From: Candidatus Omnitrophota bacterium
GTDB taxonomy: Bacteria > Omnitrophota > Gorgyraeia > Zapsychrales > JANLHA01
DNA: 64,000 bases
Reading direction: 5' to 3'
Assembly (NCBI GenBank): GCA_029560465.1
Contig: JAKQKX010000016.1
Location: forward strand, 141,093 to 205,092
Part shown: positions 1-9,964 of the stretch, piece by piece
How positions within the stretch are numbered: position 1 is the stretch's first letter
How the letters are laid out: every line of letters starts with the position of its first letter
The notes under the pieces: generated by a model
What the model was told of the DNA's origin: nothing
What the model saw: the letters and a program-made list of their open reading frames with translations, nothing else
Database searches by the model: none
Translations under genes and position numbers: made by a program

Positions 1-199
1 AAAAGGAAAAAAAGCCGTTTGACATTGCGGCCGTCCTGAAACACTTTTTTGAAATATGAAATCATGGCGGAACGGGCTTTCCTTGCCGAGAGAAAAATTT
101 ATCATTTTTTGAAAATGTGATAAAATGAAAACCTCATTCAACAATATCATATTATGCGGGCCTCATGGGAAAAAACAAGAAAGAAAATAGGAGTGTTCT

Positions 200-520
200 A
201 TGGTGACATTACAGGAGTTCCAGAACTGCGAATTGATCGTTGCGAGGATTAAAGAGGTGCGCGAGCACCCGGACGCGGACCGTCTTTATGTCCTGAAGAT
301 TGATACCGGCAAGGAAGAGAAACAGCTGGTGGCCGGGATACGGGCGGCGTATACAAAGCAGTCTTTGATCGGCCGGCAGATCATCGTTATTAATAACCTC
401 GAGCCGGCCGTGATCCGGGGAGAGCGGTCCGAAGGCATGTTGCTGGCGGTCAGTGACGCCGCCGGGGTTTCGTTGCTGGGGCCGGACCGGGATATCGCGC
501 TGGGCAGCCGGGTCCGCTGA
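200..520 (+). CDS. tRNA-binding domain protein (CsaA/EMAP/Myf-like OB-fold)
   Basis: 106 aa. AGGAG RBS 8 nt upstream of ATG. The sequence resembles the C-terminal tRNA-binding domain of MetRS and CsaA. Confidence 0.6.
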   Translation: MVTLQEFQNCELIVARIKEVREHPDADRLYVLKIDTGKEEKQLVAGIRAAYTKQSLIGRQIIVINNLEPAVIRGERSEGMLLAVSDAAGVSLLGPDRDIALGSRVR

Positions 521-527
521 TTGTATC

Positions 528-2225
528 TTAGGGTTGCGCTTTCCGCCTGATGATGATCGTCCCGTGGTTCTCCACCCACCCGGCGGGGCGATCCCATTCT
601 CCCAACACCGCCACCTGTTCGTAATTGTCTATGAAATACCGCGCGAGAAGCTGGCAGTGCGTCACGCCGAAATACCCAAGCCGGGATTCCCGCGTGTGAA
701 CACGGTTGGAGAGTACAATGTATCGGGTTTTTTGCCTGTGGAGGTCCTGAATGATGGCGACCTCCTGTTCCAGCGGGATATGGTTGTTGTAGAAAAACAT
801 GAGCTGCCGGCTGGCGGCCTGCCTGCCGGTTATATAATAGTAGAGAGGATCATAAGGGAGAGCCAAAAACGGCTCGCCCGGCTCCAGATGGGCGTCTAAA
901 TACGCGGTGGTCTGTTCGACGGTTTTTATCCATTGCGGGCTGTTGTTGAAATAAATCCGGGCCCGGGGATGTGCCCAGTACTGGCCGGCTTGTTTCATCT
1001 CCCGGGCGTCTTTGCGGATGGAGGTCAGCCCGATAAAGAGGATGAAGAAAGCAACCAGGATGGCCCGCATCGTGGCGCCGCTCCGTCGGGCCATCGTTGA
1101 AAACAGGATAAACATGAAGATGATGTGAAACGGGGAGGCCCAAAATAGTTGGTACTGCACGCCGCTTAACAGGTATTCGTGCAAATGGGCCACGGAAAGA
1201 AAGAGCAGCACGGCCATCGTGAGGAAAACCGTCCCTGAGACAGGAGCGTTTTTTCTGTCTCGAACGGCGCGGGACAGCACGGAAAAGAGCGTGATCCCCA
1301 ACAGGCTGTAAAAGAGTTTTGAAAAAGTTGTCTTTGTGATTTCGTGGGTGAGGTGGGCGCTGTAGACTTTCACCGCCAGAGCCGGCGGCAGGCTGAACTG
1401 GCGGTCCGACCCCAGAAAAGGGAAGGATTGGCGGACAACATAAAAAGGCAGGCCTTTGAAAAAAAAGTAATACACCAGGCCGATCCCTGCCGGGACAATG
1501 ACAAGGGCGGTCAGAAAAAATTTCCACTGTTTCCGGACGGCGCGGCGCTGGATGAGGTCGGTGCAGAGGACGGATAAGGTGAAGCTGAATAGGGAACATA
1601 AGCCCGTGTTGAGTTTCACGAAAGAAAGCAGGAAGATGCCCCCGAGCCCCTGATACAGGGCTCTCCGGGAGCCGGTTTTAATATACCGGATAAGAAAATA
1701 GGTCACTGCCGTCAGCAGGGCAATCCCGCCGGTGTGGTTGTAAGTGAAAAAGAAATACGGGTAAAAATTCCAGAACCACAGAGCCGCGAGGCATCCCCAG
1801 GTTTTTCCGCAGAGGAGGTTGACGGCGCGGTAGATCATGAGCCCGGCGATGATTTTAAGGATGATTTCTCCCGCCAGGATGCTGGGCATGCTTAGCCCCA
1901 GCATTTTAAAGAACAGGGCGTAATAATACGGCATGAGCGGGCCGTAAACCCACCAGTAATCCCTGAAAGGGACCGCGCCTTTTAAAATGGCGGCGTAACA
2001 ATAGAAGTCCCGGCCATGGTCGCCCTGGGCGATGTAGTTTTGGTAATTGTGCAGCGGCCACAGGATCAGCCCCCCGGCCAGAACCAGCAGCCAGGGCCAG
2101 GCCCGGGCCAGCACGCGCCTGGCCGCTGAGTCGGGCCGGAGCGTTGTTTTAAGGAAAGAATATAGATTCATATCACGGGATACCGGATAGAGAAGACGCC
2201 TTTTAAAGGACGGAAGCCCATTCAT
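528..2225 (-). CDS. Polytopic membrane protein, putative GT-C fold glycosyltransferase (ArnT/PMT-like) with a periplasmic C-terminal domain
   Basis: A long ORF of about 565 aa. About 12 predicted hydrophobic helices rich in W/Y/F, followed by a roughly 170-aa soluble C-terminus. GGGAG RBS before the ATG at 2225 (MNGLPSF...). Confidence 0.4.
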   Translation of the reverse strand: MNGLPSFKRRLLYPVSRDMNLYSFLKTTLRPDSAARRVLARAWPWLLVLAGGLILWPLHNYQNYIAQGDHGRDFYCYAAILKGAVPFRDYWWVYGPLMPYYYALFFKMLGLSMPSILAGEIILKIIAGLMIYRAVNLLCGKTWGCLAALWFWNFYPYFFFTYNHTGGIALLTAVTYFLIRYIKTGSRRALYQGLGGIFLLSFVKLNTGLCSLFSFTLSVLCTDLIQRRAVRKQWKFFLTALVIVPAGIGLVYYFFFKGLPFYVVRQSFPFLGSDRQFSLPPALAVKVYSAHLTHEITKTTFSKLFYSLLGITLFSVLSRAVRDRKNAPVSGTVFLTMAVLLFLSVAHLHEYLLSGVQYQLFWASPFHIIFMFILFSTMARRSGATMRAILVAFFILFIGLTSIRKDAREMKQAGQYWAHPRARIYFNNSPQWIKTVEQTTAYLDAHLEPGEPFLALPYDPLYYYITGRQAASRQLMFFYNNHIPLEQEVAIIQDLHRQKTRYIVLSNRVHTRESRLGYFGVTHCQLLARYFIDNYEQVAVLGEWDRPAGWVENHGTIIIRRKAQP

Positions 2226-2325
2226 GATGACTCCCGCCACGTGTTGTGTTACAATAACACCGTTTTAAAATAACACACGTGCAGCGGAAATGGTCAAGTT
2301 TTTTAAGAATCAAAGGAGGGAGCCT

Positions 2326-2742
2326 ATGGCGGTTGTGACGGAATACCTTCACCTGTCAACCGGAGGGAATGGGGACATCGAGGACATCACTTCCGGCGTG
2401 CAAGACAAACTGGCCGCCTCCGGGCTCCGGGATGGCGTTGTGACGGTGAGCGCGGTCGGTTCGACGGCGGCGGTGACCACCTGTGAATACGAGCCGGGGC
2501 TGGTCAAGGATATCAAAGCCCTCTTGGACCGGTTAATTCCCCGGGGAGAATATCACCACGACCAGGCTTGGGGGGACGGGAACGGGCACTCCCATCTGCG
2601 AGCGTCCCTCATGGGCCCGTCCCTGTCGATCCCTTTTTCCGGGGGCCAGCTTATTTTAGGCACATGGCAGCAAATTATTTTTATTGATTGGGACACCCGG
2701 AGCCGCAAGCGTCAGATCGTGGTCCAGATGATGGGGGAATGA
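2326..2742 (+). CDS. YjbQ/UPF0047 family protein (secondary thiamine-phosphate synthase-like)
   Basis: Start chosen at MAVVTEYLHL, which has an AGGAGGG RBS. The length and motifs (GEYHHDQAWGDGNGHSHLRASLMG) are typical of YjbQ. Confidence 0.75.
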   Translation: MAVVTEYLHLSTGGNGDIEDITSGVQDKLAASGLRDGVVTVSAVGSTAAVTTCEYEPGLVKDIKALLDRLIPRGEYHHDQAWGDGNGHSHLRASLMGPSLSIPFSGGQLILGTWQQIIFIDWDTRSRKRQIVVQMMGE

Positions 2743-2743
2743 T

Positions 2744-3259
2744 ATGGAGCTTTTTAAACAGTTTGTCCCCTCTTTGGTCTGTTTGTCCTGCGAGGGGTGC
2801 TGCCGTTTTCATGCTGCGAACAGCCCGTGGCGGCCGAAAGTCGGCCTTGGAGAGAAAGAGGATTTTCAATCCGGGCTGGCCTCCGGGGCCCCGGGGGACG
2901 GCATCCTGGATCGCGGCGCTTACGTGACCGCGGCGCCAGACGGGGATGTTTTCCGTTGCCGGTTTCTGGAGAGGGACGCGAACACCTGTGCCATCTATCC
3001 CGTCCGGCCTTTCGAATGCCGGCTGTACCCGTTTCTGCTTGTTCAAAGCGGCGGGCGGTCCCTGGTCGCGCTTCATCTGAGTTGCCCCTTCGCGCAAAAG
3101 TATTACGGGCGCAAGGAAATGGATGATTACATCGCGTATTTGAAAGAGTTTGTTTCCCGCCCGTCCGTGACGGGGTTCCTGCGTGAAAACCGGGCGCTGT
3201 TTTCGGATTACAGCCAGGCCGGGGACGAATGGGTCCCGGTTTTTGATTGGGAGGCCTGA
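2744..3259 (+). CDS. YkgJ/UPF0153 family putative Zn/Fe-chelating protein (CxxCxxCC motif)
   Basis: N-terminal CLSCEGCCRF motif plus a second cysteine cluster (CAIYPVRPFECRLYPF). Translationally coupled to the flanking genes. Confidence 0.55.
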   Translation: MELFKQFVPSLVCLSCEGCCRFHAANSPWRPKVGLGEKEDFQSGLASGAPGDGILDRGAYVTAAPDGDVFRCRFLERDANTCAIYPVRPFECRLYPFLLVQSGGRSLVALHLSCPFAQKYYGRKEMDDYIAYLKEFVSRPSVTGFLRENRALFSDYSQAGDEWVPVFDWEA

Positions 3260-4155
3260 TGGGGACTGACGTCGGACAGCATAAAGCTCTGGTTCAGAAG
3301 TACCTGCGGGAGCAGCCCTTCCTGTTGTCGGCGTATTCCTTCGTGCCGCTCTTCTTGTGGCAGGATTTTTTCCGGTTTTATTTTGAAATCATAGACGGGC
3401 AACTGTGCATTTTCGCCGAGAATGAAATCGGGAGTTTTTTATCTTTGCCCCCCCTGGGCCGGGAGATCAGCCCCGGCGCGGCGCGGGAGTGTTTCCGCCG
3501 GATGGCACAGCGGAATGCCGGCTCCGGGGTGTCCCGGATCGAAAACGTGGATTTCCGCCAGCGGGCCGCGTTTCCGGACGGCGCGGCGTTTTATCTGCGG
3601 GGGTATGAATTTTTGTATTACAAAAAAGATATCATCGGCTTAAAGGGCAACGCGTACAAATCCAAGCGCTTTGACTATAACCATTTTATAAAAATTTACG
3701 ACGCGGCTTACCTGCCGTTTTGCGAATCCATGGCTGATGAATGCCTGAAGCTTTATGACCAGTGGCAGGAAGGGCGGAAGCGGAAATACGCGGATGATGT
3801 TTACCGGCACATGCTGTCTGAAAACCGGCGGATCCATGAGCTGGCCATGCGCCACGCCGTATGGCTGGACCTGGTCGGCCGTGTCGTTTTGGTCGGTGGG
3901 GAAATAAAAGCCTACACGTTTGGGTACTGGATTCACGATGGGATATTTTGTGTCCTCTTGGAAGTTTCAGACCTGGAATGCAAGGGCTTGCCGGTGTTCA
4001 TTTTTCATGAATTTTGCGCTGATGAGGAACTTGCCGGCGCCCGCTTCATCAACACCATGGATGATTTCGAAATGACAGAGCTTAAACGCGCGAAAGCCTT
4101 GTTCCGGCCGGTCCTGCAATTGCCGGTGTACACCGTTACTTTTTCTGAACCATGA
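3247..4155 (+). CDS. DUF2156 domain protein (MprF C-terminal-like; putative aminoacyl-tRNA-dependent transferase fold)
   Basis: About 300 aa soluble protein. The sequence pattern resembles the lysyl-phosphatidylglycerol synthase C-terminal domain. There is no attached flippase domain. Confidence 0.45.
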   Translation: MGGLMGTDVGQHKALVQKYLREQPFLLSAYSFVPLFLWQDFFRFYFEIIDGQLCIFAENEIGSFLSLPPLGREISPGAARECFRRMAQRNAGSGVSRIENVDFRQRAAFPDGAAFYLRGYEFLYYKKDIIGLKGNAYKSKRFDYNHFIKIYDAAYLPFCESMADECLKLYDQWQEGRKRKYADDVYRHMLSENRRIHELAMRHAVWLDLVGRVVLVGGEIKAYTFGYWIHDGIFCVLLEVSDLECKGLPVFIFHEFCADEELAGARFINTMDDFEMTELKRAKALFRPVLQLPVYTVTFSEP

Positions 4156-4748
4156 TGGAAGGCCTTGCCAACGCCCGTTTTGTGGTCCTGGACGTCGAGA
4201 CGACCGGCTTGTCCAGCCGGCACGGGGACAGGATTATCGAAGTGGCGGCGATAAAATGCGAGGGGCTGCGGGTGATGGACCGCTTTGAATCCCTGGTCAA
4301 CCCACAGCGGCCGCTTTCGTACGGGGCGTATCGTGTTAACCGTATTTCCGCAGAGATGCTGAACGGCGCGCCTCTGGCCGCGGACGTCCTTCCGCAGGTG
4401 CACCGGTTTATTCAGGGCAGCTGCCTGGTGGGGCATAATATTAAATTCGACCTGGGTTTCCTGCGCCATGAGTTTTCATCGTTGGGACTTTCGCTCGGGA
4501 AAGAGGTGGCGGTCCTTGACACTTGTCAAATGGCACGGGCCCTTTTGCCGGAACTGGGGGGGCATTCTTTGCGCGAGGTGGCTTACGCGGTGGGCCTGGA
4601 CGCCTTTCAGCAGCACCGCGCCATGGCGGACGTGGAAATGACCTATGAGGTTTTTCGCGCGCTGCTTCAGGTGGCGCAGCGGCACGATATCTATTCCATG
4701 CCTTTGCTTATGCGGATGTTCGGGCCGCGTCCCGTGGGCGAGGGGTAA
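4152..4748 (+). CDS. DEDDh 3'-5' exonuclease, DnaQ/DNA polymerase III epsilon-like
   Basis: Exo I motif VLDVETTG, Exo II motif GHNIKFDLGFL and Exo III motif HRAMADVEMTYEVF are all present. Confidence 0.75.
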   Translation: MMEGLANARFVVLDVETTGLSSRHGDRIIEVAAIKCEGLRVMDRFESLVNPQRPLSYGAYRVNRISAEMLNGAPLAADVLPQVHRFIQGSCLVGHNIKFDLGFLRHEFSSLGLSLGKEVAVLDTCQMARALLPELGGHSLREVAYAVGLDAFQQHRAMADVEMTYEVFRALLQVAQRHDIYSMPLLMRMFGPRPVGEG

Positions 4749-4751
4749 TTC

Positions 4752-7016
4752 ATGACCGGGAGCGTTATGCTATACCGCAGATTGGCTTTTCAGGGAGACG
4801 CCTGGCAGGTTTTTTCGGCTTTCGCGGACGAGCCTCATGCGTTTATGCTGGAAAGCAGCCTGCGCGACCCGCAGCTGGGGCGGTACACGTTTATCGGGTG
4901 TCGGCCTTTTCAATATTTTTCTTCTTCCCGCAAGACCGCGCTTCAGGATCTGAAACAGGAATTCGGCCGTTATCGCGCCGGCGAGAACCCTCGGCGGGCC
5001 TTGCCCTTCGTTTCTGGAATCGTCGGGTATATCGGTTACGATTACGGCCGCAAGCAGGACCACATCGTGTCCAGGCGGCCGGGGCCCCGCGTCCCGGACG
5101 TGGGATTTGGATTTTATGACACGCTTATTGTCCTGGACCATTGGACCGGTTCCTTGTATGTGACATCGAGCGGTCTGCCCGAACGCGGTTATTACCGGGA
5201 AAAAAGGGCTCAACAGCGTTTGCAGGACATGTTAAAGCGGCTGCGCTCCGCTTGGCCCTGCGCGTCGTCGATAAAGAACGCTCCTCCGCTGGCACCACGG
5301 CGCAGCCCCGCGTTTCCGGCCATGCAAGGCGAGATGACGCGCGTGCAGTATACCCGGAAGGTCTTCCAGGCGCTGGATTATATCCGTCGGGGCGATATTT
5401 ATCAGGTCAATGTGGCCCAGCGTTTTTTTATAGGCGGGAAAAAGCGTTATTCAAAACAGGACGCGGCGTGTTTTTATCAGACCCTGCGCGGCCTGTCGCC
5501 GTCCTGCTTTGGCGCGTATTTTGACGGCGGGGCTTTTCAAATCGTGAGCAGTTCGCCCGAGCGGTTCCTGCGGCTCAAGGGGCGGCGCGTGTCGACCCGG
5601 CCGATGAAAGGCACCCGGCCCCGCGGCTCTTCCCGCCGGGAAGACCTTTGTTTTAAACGCGATTTGTGGCGCAGCCCCAAAGAGCAGGCCGAGCTGCTTA
5701 TGATCACGGACCTTCTGCGCAACGACCTGGGCCGCGTCTGCGCGTACGGGACGGTGCGGGTGGAGGCGTTGAGGACCCTGGAGGCGTACGCCACGGTTTA
5801 CCAGGCCACGTCGACGGTCAGTGGGCTTTTGAGGCCCGGCCTCGATGGGTTTGATGCCCTGGCGGCTTGTTCGCCGGGCGGGTCCATCACCGGGTGCCCG
5901 AAGATCCGGGCCATGGAGATCATTGATGAGCTTGAGCCGTGCCGGCGCTCGGTCTATACCGGGGCGCTGGGGTACATGGATTTTTCCGGCGACATGGATT
6001 TCAGTGTGTTGATCCGGGCTTTGCTGGTCCAACCGCGGGCGGTTTCTTTCCACGTCGGGGCCGGGATTGTCGCCGATTCCTGCCCGGAAGCGGAGTATGA
6101 AGAAACGCTGGTCAAGGCACGGGCGATGCGGCGGTGCCTGCAGGAAGGGCGCGCTTCCTGCACGGAGACCCCGGAGCCCGCCCGCCCGCGCCTTATGGTT
6201 ATCGACGGAGAACTTGTTGAGGCGCCCGCGGCCCGGTGGCGCGCGTTGACGCCGGGTGTTTTGCGGGCCCCGGGGGTTTTTGAAACCCTGCGCGTGAGCC
6301 GGGGGCGCATATTTTTTTTCCGGGACCATGTCCGCCGGATGAGAAAAAGTTTGCGGGTCCTGGGCATAGACTGCCCGGCGGACGCGCCGGACTTTTTAAA
6401 GGGCGCGGAGCGGCTCGTGGCTCTTCAAAAAATCCGTGAAGGCCGTTTGCGGTTGGCGGTCTGGCGGGACGGCCGGCGCCCGCGCTGGTGCGCGGCGGCC
6501 GAACCCTATGCCCCGCCGAGCTTCCGGCGCGGTTTTCGCGCGGCGGTTTCGGCGTGCCGGGTCCCTTCCGCCGGGCCGGGGGCCGGGCATAAGATGGTGC
6601 GGTACGCCCCTTATCATGCGGAGTCGCGCAAGGCCGCGGCCCAAGGGTATGATGAGGCGCTTTTTTTAAACCGCCGTGGCCACCTTGTCGAGGGGAGCCG
6701 GACAAATATTTTTTGGGTGAAGGGGAACGTTGTGTGGACCCCGTCGCTTAAAACCGGGTGCTTGCCCGGCATCGTCCGGGCCAAGGTCCTGGTCCTCGCC
6801 CGGAACAACGGGCTGGTTGCCCGGGAGGGGGCGTGTCCTCTGAGCGCGTTATTTGAAGCGGAGGAGGCGTTTCTGACCAATTCTTTAATCGGGCTCGCGC
6901 CGCTTTTAGAAATTGGCGGGCGGGCTCTTGGCCGGGGAAAGCCGGGCCCTGTGACCGCGGGCTTGCGGGCCGCGTACCGCCGTCTGACGGAAACGGCGGC
7001 GGGCGGATCTCTTTAA
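4752..7016 (+). CDS. pabB: Bifunctional aminodeoxychorismate synthase component I / aminodeoxychorismate lyase (PabB-PabC fusion)
   Basis: N-terminal chorismate-binding enzyme motifs (GDIYQVNVAQRF, SSSPERFL, GGSITGCPKIRAMEII, SVYTGALGY). The C-terminal ~270 aa is a class IV aminotransferase/ADC-lyase fold (GVFETLRV..., TNIFWVKG). Confidence 0.8.
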   Translation: MTGSVMLYRRLAFQGDAWQVFSAFADEPHAFMLESSLRDPQLGRYTFIGCRPFQYFSSSRKTALQDLKQEFGRYRAGENPRRALPFVSGIVGYIGYDYGRKQDHIVSRRPGPRVPDVGFGFYDTLIVLDHWTGSLYVTSSGLPERGYYREKRAQQRLQDMLKRLRSAWPCASSIKNAPPLAPRRSPAFPAMQGEMTRVQYTRKVFQALDYIRRGDIYQVNVAQRFFIGGKKRYSKQDAACFYQTLRGLSPSCFGAYFDGGAFQIVSSSPERFLRLKGRRVSTRPMKGTRPRGSSRREDLCFKRDLWRSPKEQAELLMITDLLRNDLGRVCAYGTVRVEALRTLEAYATVYQATSTVSGLLRPGLDGFDALAACSPGGSITGCPKIRAMEIIDELEPCRRSVYTGALGYMDFSGDMDFSVLIRALLVQPRAVSFHVGAGIVADSCPEAEYEETLVKARAMRRCLQEGRASCTETPEPARPRLMVIDGELVEAPAARWRALTPGVLRAPGVFETLRVSRGRIFFFRDHVRRMRKSLRVLGIDCPADAPDFLKGAERLVALQKIREGRLRLAVWRDGRRPRWCAAAEPYAPPSFRRGFRAAVSACRVPSAGPGAGHKMVRYAPYHAESRKAAAQGYDEALFLNRRGHLVEGSRTNIFWVKGNVVWTPSLKTGCLPGIVRAKVLVLARNNGLVAREGACPLSALFEAEEAFLTNSLIGLAPLLEIGGRALGRGKPGPVTAGLRAAYRRLTETAAGGSL

Positions 7017-7105
7017 AAGGACCCGCGGGTTTCAGCCTGCGGGCCCCCTTGAAATTGATAAGTTTATGATTGCTCTCCTAAATGTTACTAAGTATAATTA
7101 AAACC

Positions 7106-8101
7106 ATGAAAAGAACAGTCAGCTTTTTTATCGTGTGGGCGCTTATCCTTCCATTTTCCCTTGCCGCCGGTCAGGAAGAAACGGGGCCGGGGCTCTCCGA
7201 GGGAGGGCCCGCTGTTTCCCAGCCCAGCAAATGGCAGGAAACGGTCCGGTCTTTAAAAAAACAGACGGAGATGCTCCTGGAAAAGAACAAGACCCTTAAT
7301 GAGGAATATTCTTACCTGCAGGGCAGCATGACAGAGGTCCAGGAGCGCCGGAAGCAGCTTGAGAAAGAAATTGAGGAATACCGCCGGGAGAACCAGCAGT
7401 TGCTGGACCAGCAGAAAAAAAACGCCCTGCAGCAGCAGGACATGAAAAAGAAACGGCTTCAGACGCAAAAAGAACTGGAGCCCTTGCAGAAGCAGAACCG
7501 GGAGCTGGAAGACCGGTGGATGGCGGTCAAAAAAGAAACCGAGGATTGGCATGCCCGGATTTCAGACCTTGAGCGGGAAAAACGGGATTTGATCACGCAA
7601 TTAAAAAATTTGGAGTCTTCGCAGGACGATATGTCTGGCGCCCTTGACGAGGAAATCAAGAAGCTGGACTCGATCCTTCAGGAATATGACGAGGAAGGGG
7701 CCCTGGTGGATTTGGAAAAGGAGTCGTACGCGCGGGAAGAGGCGGAGATTTCCCGCTTGAACGCGCTGTTGGAAGAGGATATTGAAGGATTTCAGAAAGA
7801 GGAAGAGCGCGTGACCGCGCAGATCAACGAGGTGGAGAGGCAGAAAAGCGAACTTAAGAAAAAGGAAAAGCCGGAACGCCTTCCTCCGGAGCTGGTCAAA
7901 GAGAAGCAGCGGTTGGAACTGCAGGTGAAGCAACTGGAAGGGCAGTTGGGAACCATCAAGAAATCCGTGGAAGACACGTCCGCGGTCCTGGAGAAAAAAC
8001 GCGCCTTAATGGACGAGATCATGAGGATTGACACGGAAAACCGCGCGCTGCGGCAGCAGGTTTCTGAGCTCGTTGAGCAGTTGAAGGAAGCGAAGCCGTA
8101 A
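7106..8101 (+). CDS. Secreted coiled-coil protein (E/K/Q/L-rich), function unknown
   Basis: Signal peptide (MKRTVSFFIVWALILPFSLAAG). Almost the entire remainder is heptad-like charged repeats. Confidence 0.6.
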   Translation: MKRTVSFFIVWALILPFSLAAGQEETGPGLSEGGPAVSQPSKWQETVRSLKKQTEMLLEKNKTLNEEYSYLQGSMTEVQERRKQLEKEIEEYRRENQQLLDQQKKNALQQQDMKKKRLQTQKELEPLQKQNRELEDRWMAVKKETEDWHARISDLEREKRDLITQLKNLESSQDDMSGALDEEIKKLDSILQEYDEEGALVDLEKESYAREEAEISRLNALLEEDIEGFQKEEERVTAQINEVERQKSELKKKEKPERLPPELVKEKQRLELQVKQLEGQLGTIKKSVEDTSAVLEKKRALMDEIMRIDTENRALRQQVSELVEQLKEAKP

Positions 8102-8237
8102 GCCCCTCCTTTTTCCCCCGGGCGGGCACCCGCCTCAACGTCATCGTCACCCCTGAAATAATTTATTAGAAGAACCGGAAATAATGATATATAATTTAAC
8201 CCATATGTCTGGGAACAGATAACCAAAGGGGGCCCCT

Positions 8238-8723
8238 ATGGATGAGATACTGGAGATGTTAATGAAGGACGCCCGGTTGACGGCTGAAGAGATCGCCAAA
8301 ATGACGGGGCAGGACGCCGCGGCCGTGCGCAAGAAGATCAAGCAGTATGAAAAAAGCGGGGTGATCGTGCAGTATAAGACCGTGATCAACCAGGACATGG
8401 CGCACGATAACGGCTCTTTTGTCCGGGCGTTGATCGAGGTGAGCATCAACCCGCAGCGCGATGTCGGGTTTGACAACGTGGCGGAGCGCATTTATAGCTT
8501 CGCGGAAGTCAGCAGTTGTTACCTGGTTTCCGGGACGTATGACCTTTTGGTCGTGGTGGAAGGGGAGAATTTGCAGACGGTTTCGAACTTTATCGCGTCC
8601 AAGCTGTCGCCCCTGGCGAACGTGCGCAGCACGACGACGCATTTTCTGTTAAAAAAATACAAGGAAGATGGTTTTGTCCTGAAAAAAGGAAAGCCGCAGA
8701 AGCGGTTGAATATATCCTATTAA
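8238..8723 (+). CDS. Lrp/AsnC family transcriptional regulator
   Basis: N-terminal HTH (LTAEEIAKMTGQDAAAVRKKI) plus a C-terminal RAM domain. Classic pairing with the downstream aminotransferase. Confidence 0.85.
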   Translation: MDEILEMLMKDARLTAEEIAKMTGQDAAAVRKKIKQYEKSGVIVQYKTVINQDMAHDNGSFVRALIEVSINPQRDVGFDNVAERIYSFAEVSSCYLVSGTYDLLVVVEGENLQTVSNFIASKLSPLANVRSTTTHFLLKKYKEDGFVLKKGKPQKRLNISY

Positions 8724-8736
8724 CGGCAGGCCTTCT

Positions 8737-9930
8737 ATGGGTGGAAACATGGACGACAAGACGGTGATACATTCAAGGATATCAAAGACGGTGGAACGTT
8801 TGGCCCCGTCGGGGATCAGGGCTTTCTTTGACCTGGTTTTAAACATGAAAGACGTTATTTCCCTGGGGGTGGGCGAGCCGGACTTCGTGACCCCCTGGCT
8901 CATCCGCGAGAAGGCCATCTCGTCCCTCGAAGAGGGGTTCACCTCCTACACCTCCAACAAGGGGATGATCGAACTGCGCCGGGACATTGACCGGTTCCTG
9001 TCCGAGCGTTACGGCCTGCGGTATGACCCGGAGAACGAGATCCTCCTGACCGTGGGCGTTTCAGAGGGTGTGGACCTGGCCGTGCGCGCGATCCTCAACC
9101 CCGGAGAAAAGGTCCTGGTGCCGGAGCCGGCGTACGTGTCGTACGGCCCGGTCGTGGAGCTGGCCGGCGGAAAACCGGTTTACTTGAAGACGGATTTGAC
9201 GTCCGGGTTTAAGATCACGCCGCAGCTCATAGAAGAGGCCTGCGCGCGGGAAGGCGCAGTGAAGGCGATGGTCATCAATTATCCGGCGAACCCGACCGGG
9301 ACGTCGTATTCCCGCCGGGAACTGTCCGCCATGGCCGCGGTCATAAAAAAACACGATTTGATCGTCATCAGCGATGAGGTGTATGATGAATTGACGTACG
9401 ATTTCGACCACACGCCCTTCGCGTCCCTGCCCGGGATGCGGGACAGGGTCGTTTACTTGAACGGTTTTTCCAAAGCTTACGCCATGACCGGGTTCCGCCT
9501 GGGCTGGGCCAGCGGGCCCGCTGACGTGGTGGCGGCGATGACCAAGATCCACCAGTACACCATGCTGTGCGTGTCCATCACCGCGCAGATGGCGGCCCGC
9601 GAGGCGTTGCGGCACGGGAGGAAGTCCATGCTGGAAATGAAACGCGAGTATAACCGCCGCCGGCGTTTTATCGTCGACGCTTTGAATAAGATCGGATTGA
9701 ACTGCCATATGCCGCAGGGCGCGTTTTACGTGTTCCCTTCCATCGCCAAGACCGGGCAGTCGTCCTTGGATTTCGCCCAGGGGCTGTTAAAGAAAAAGAA
9801 AGTGGCGCTGGTCCCGGGCACGGCGTTCGGCCCTTCCTGTAACGGATTTGTCCGCATTTCTTACGCCTCCAGCTACGAGAATCTTAAAGAGGCCGTGGCC
9901 AGAATTGACGCGTACCTGAAAGAATTGTAA
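8737..9930 (+). CDS. PLP-dependent aminotransferase, class I (aspartate/aromatic aminotransferase family)
   Basis: Carries NPTG and SKAYAMTGFRLGWA (PLP lysine) motifs in about 395 aa. Confidence 0.85.
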   Translation: MGGNMDDKTVIHSRISKTVERLAPSGIRAFFDLVLNMKDVISLGVGEPDFVTPWLIREKAISSLEEGFTSYTSNKGMIELRRDIDRFLSERYGLRYDPENEILLTVGVSEGVDLAVRAILNPGEKVLVPEPAYVSYGPVVELAGGKPVYLKTDLTSGFKITPQLIEEACAREGAVKAMVINYPANPTGTSYSRRELSAMAAVIKKHDLIVISDEVYDELTYDFDHTPFASLPGMRDRVVYLNGFSKAYAMTGFRLGWASGPADVVAAMTKIHQYTMLCVSITAQMAAREALRHGRKSMLEMKREYNRRRRFIVDALNKIGLNCHMPQGAFYVFPSIAKTGQSSLDFAQGLLKKKKVALVPGTAFGPSCNGFVRISYASSYENLKEAVARIDAYLKEL

Positions 9931-9964
9931 GGCGTTTGTCCCGAAAAACAGAAAGCCATGAACC

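Noticed and set aside
850-1599. Long antisense/overlapping ORFs in the six-frame track (850-1599 -, 5451-6329 -, 6199-6705 -, 9061-9708 -, 13064-13636 -, 20682-21254 -, 31599-32291 -, 34771-35502 -, 47767-48315 -, 50627-51175 - and others)
   Set aside because: They lie entirely inside well-supported genes on the other strand or frame. They are Arg/Pro/Gly-rich, as expected from high-GC antisense translation, and have no motifs or RBS.
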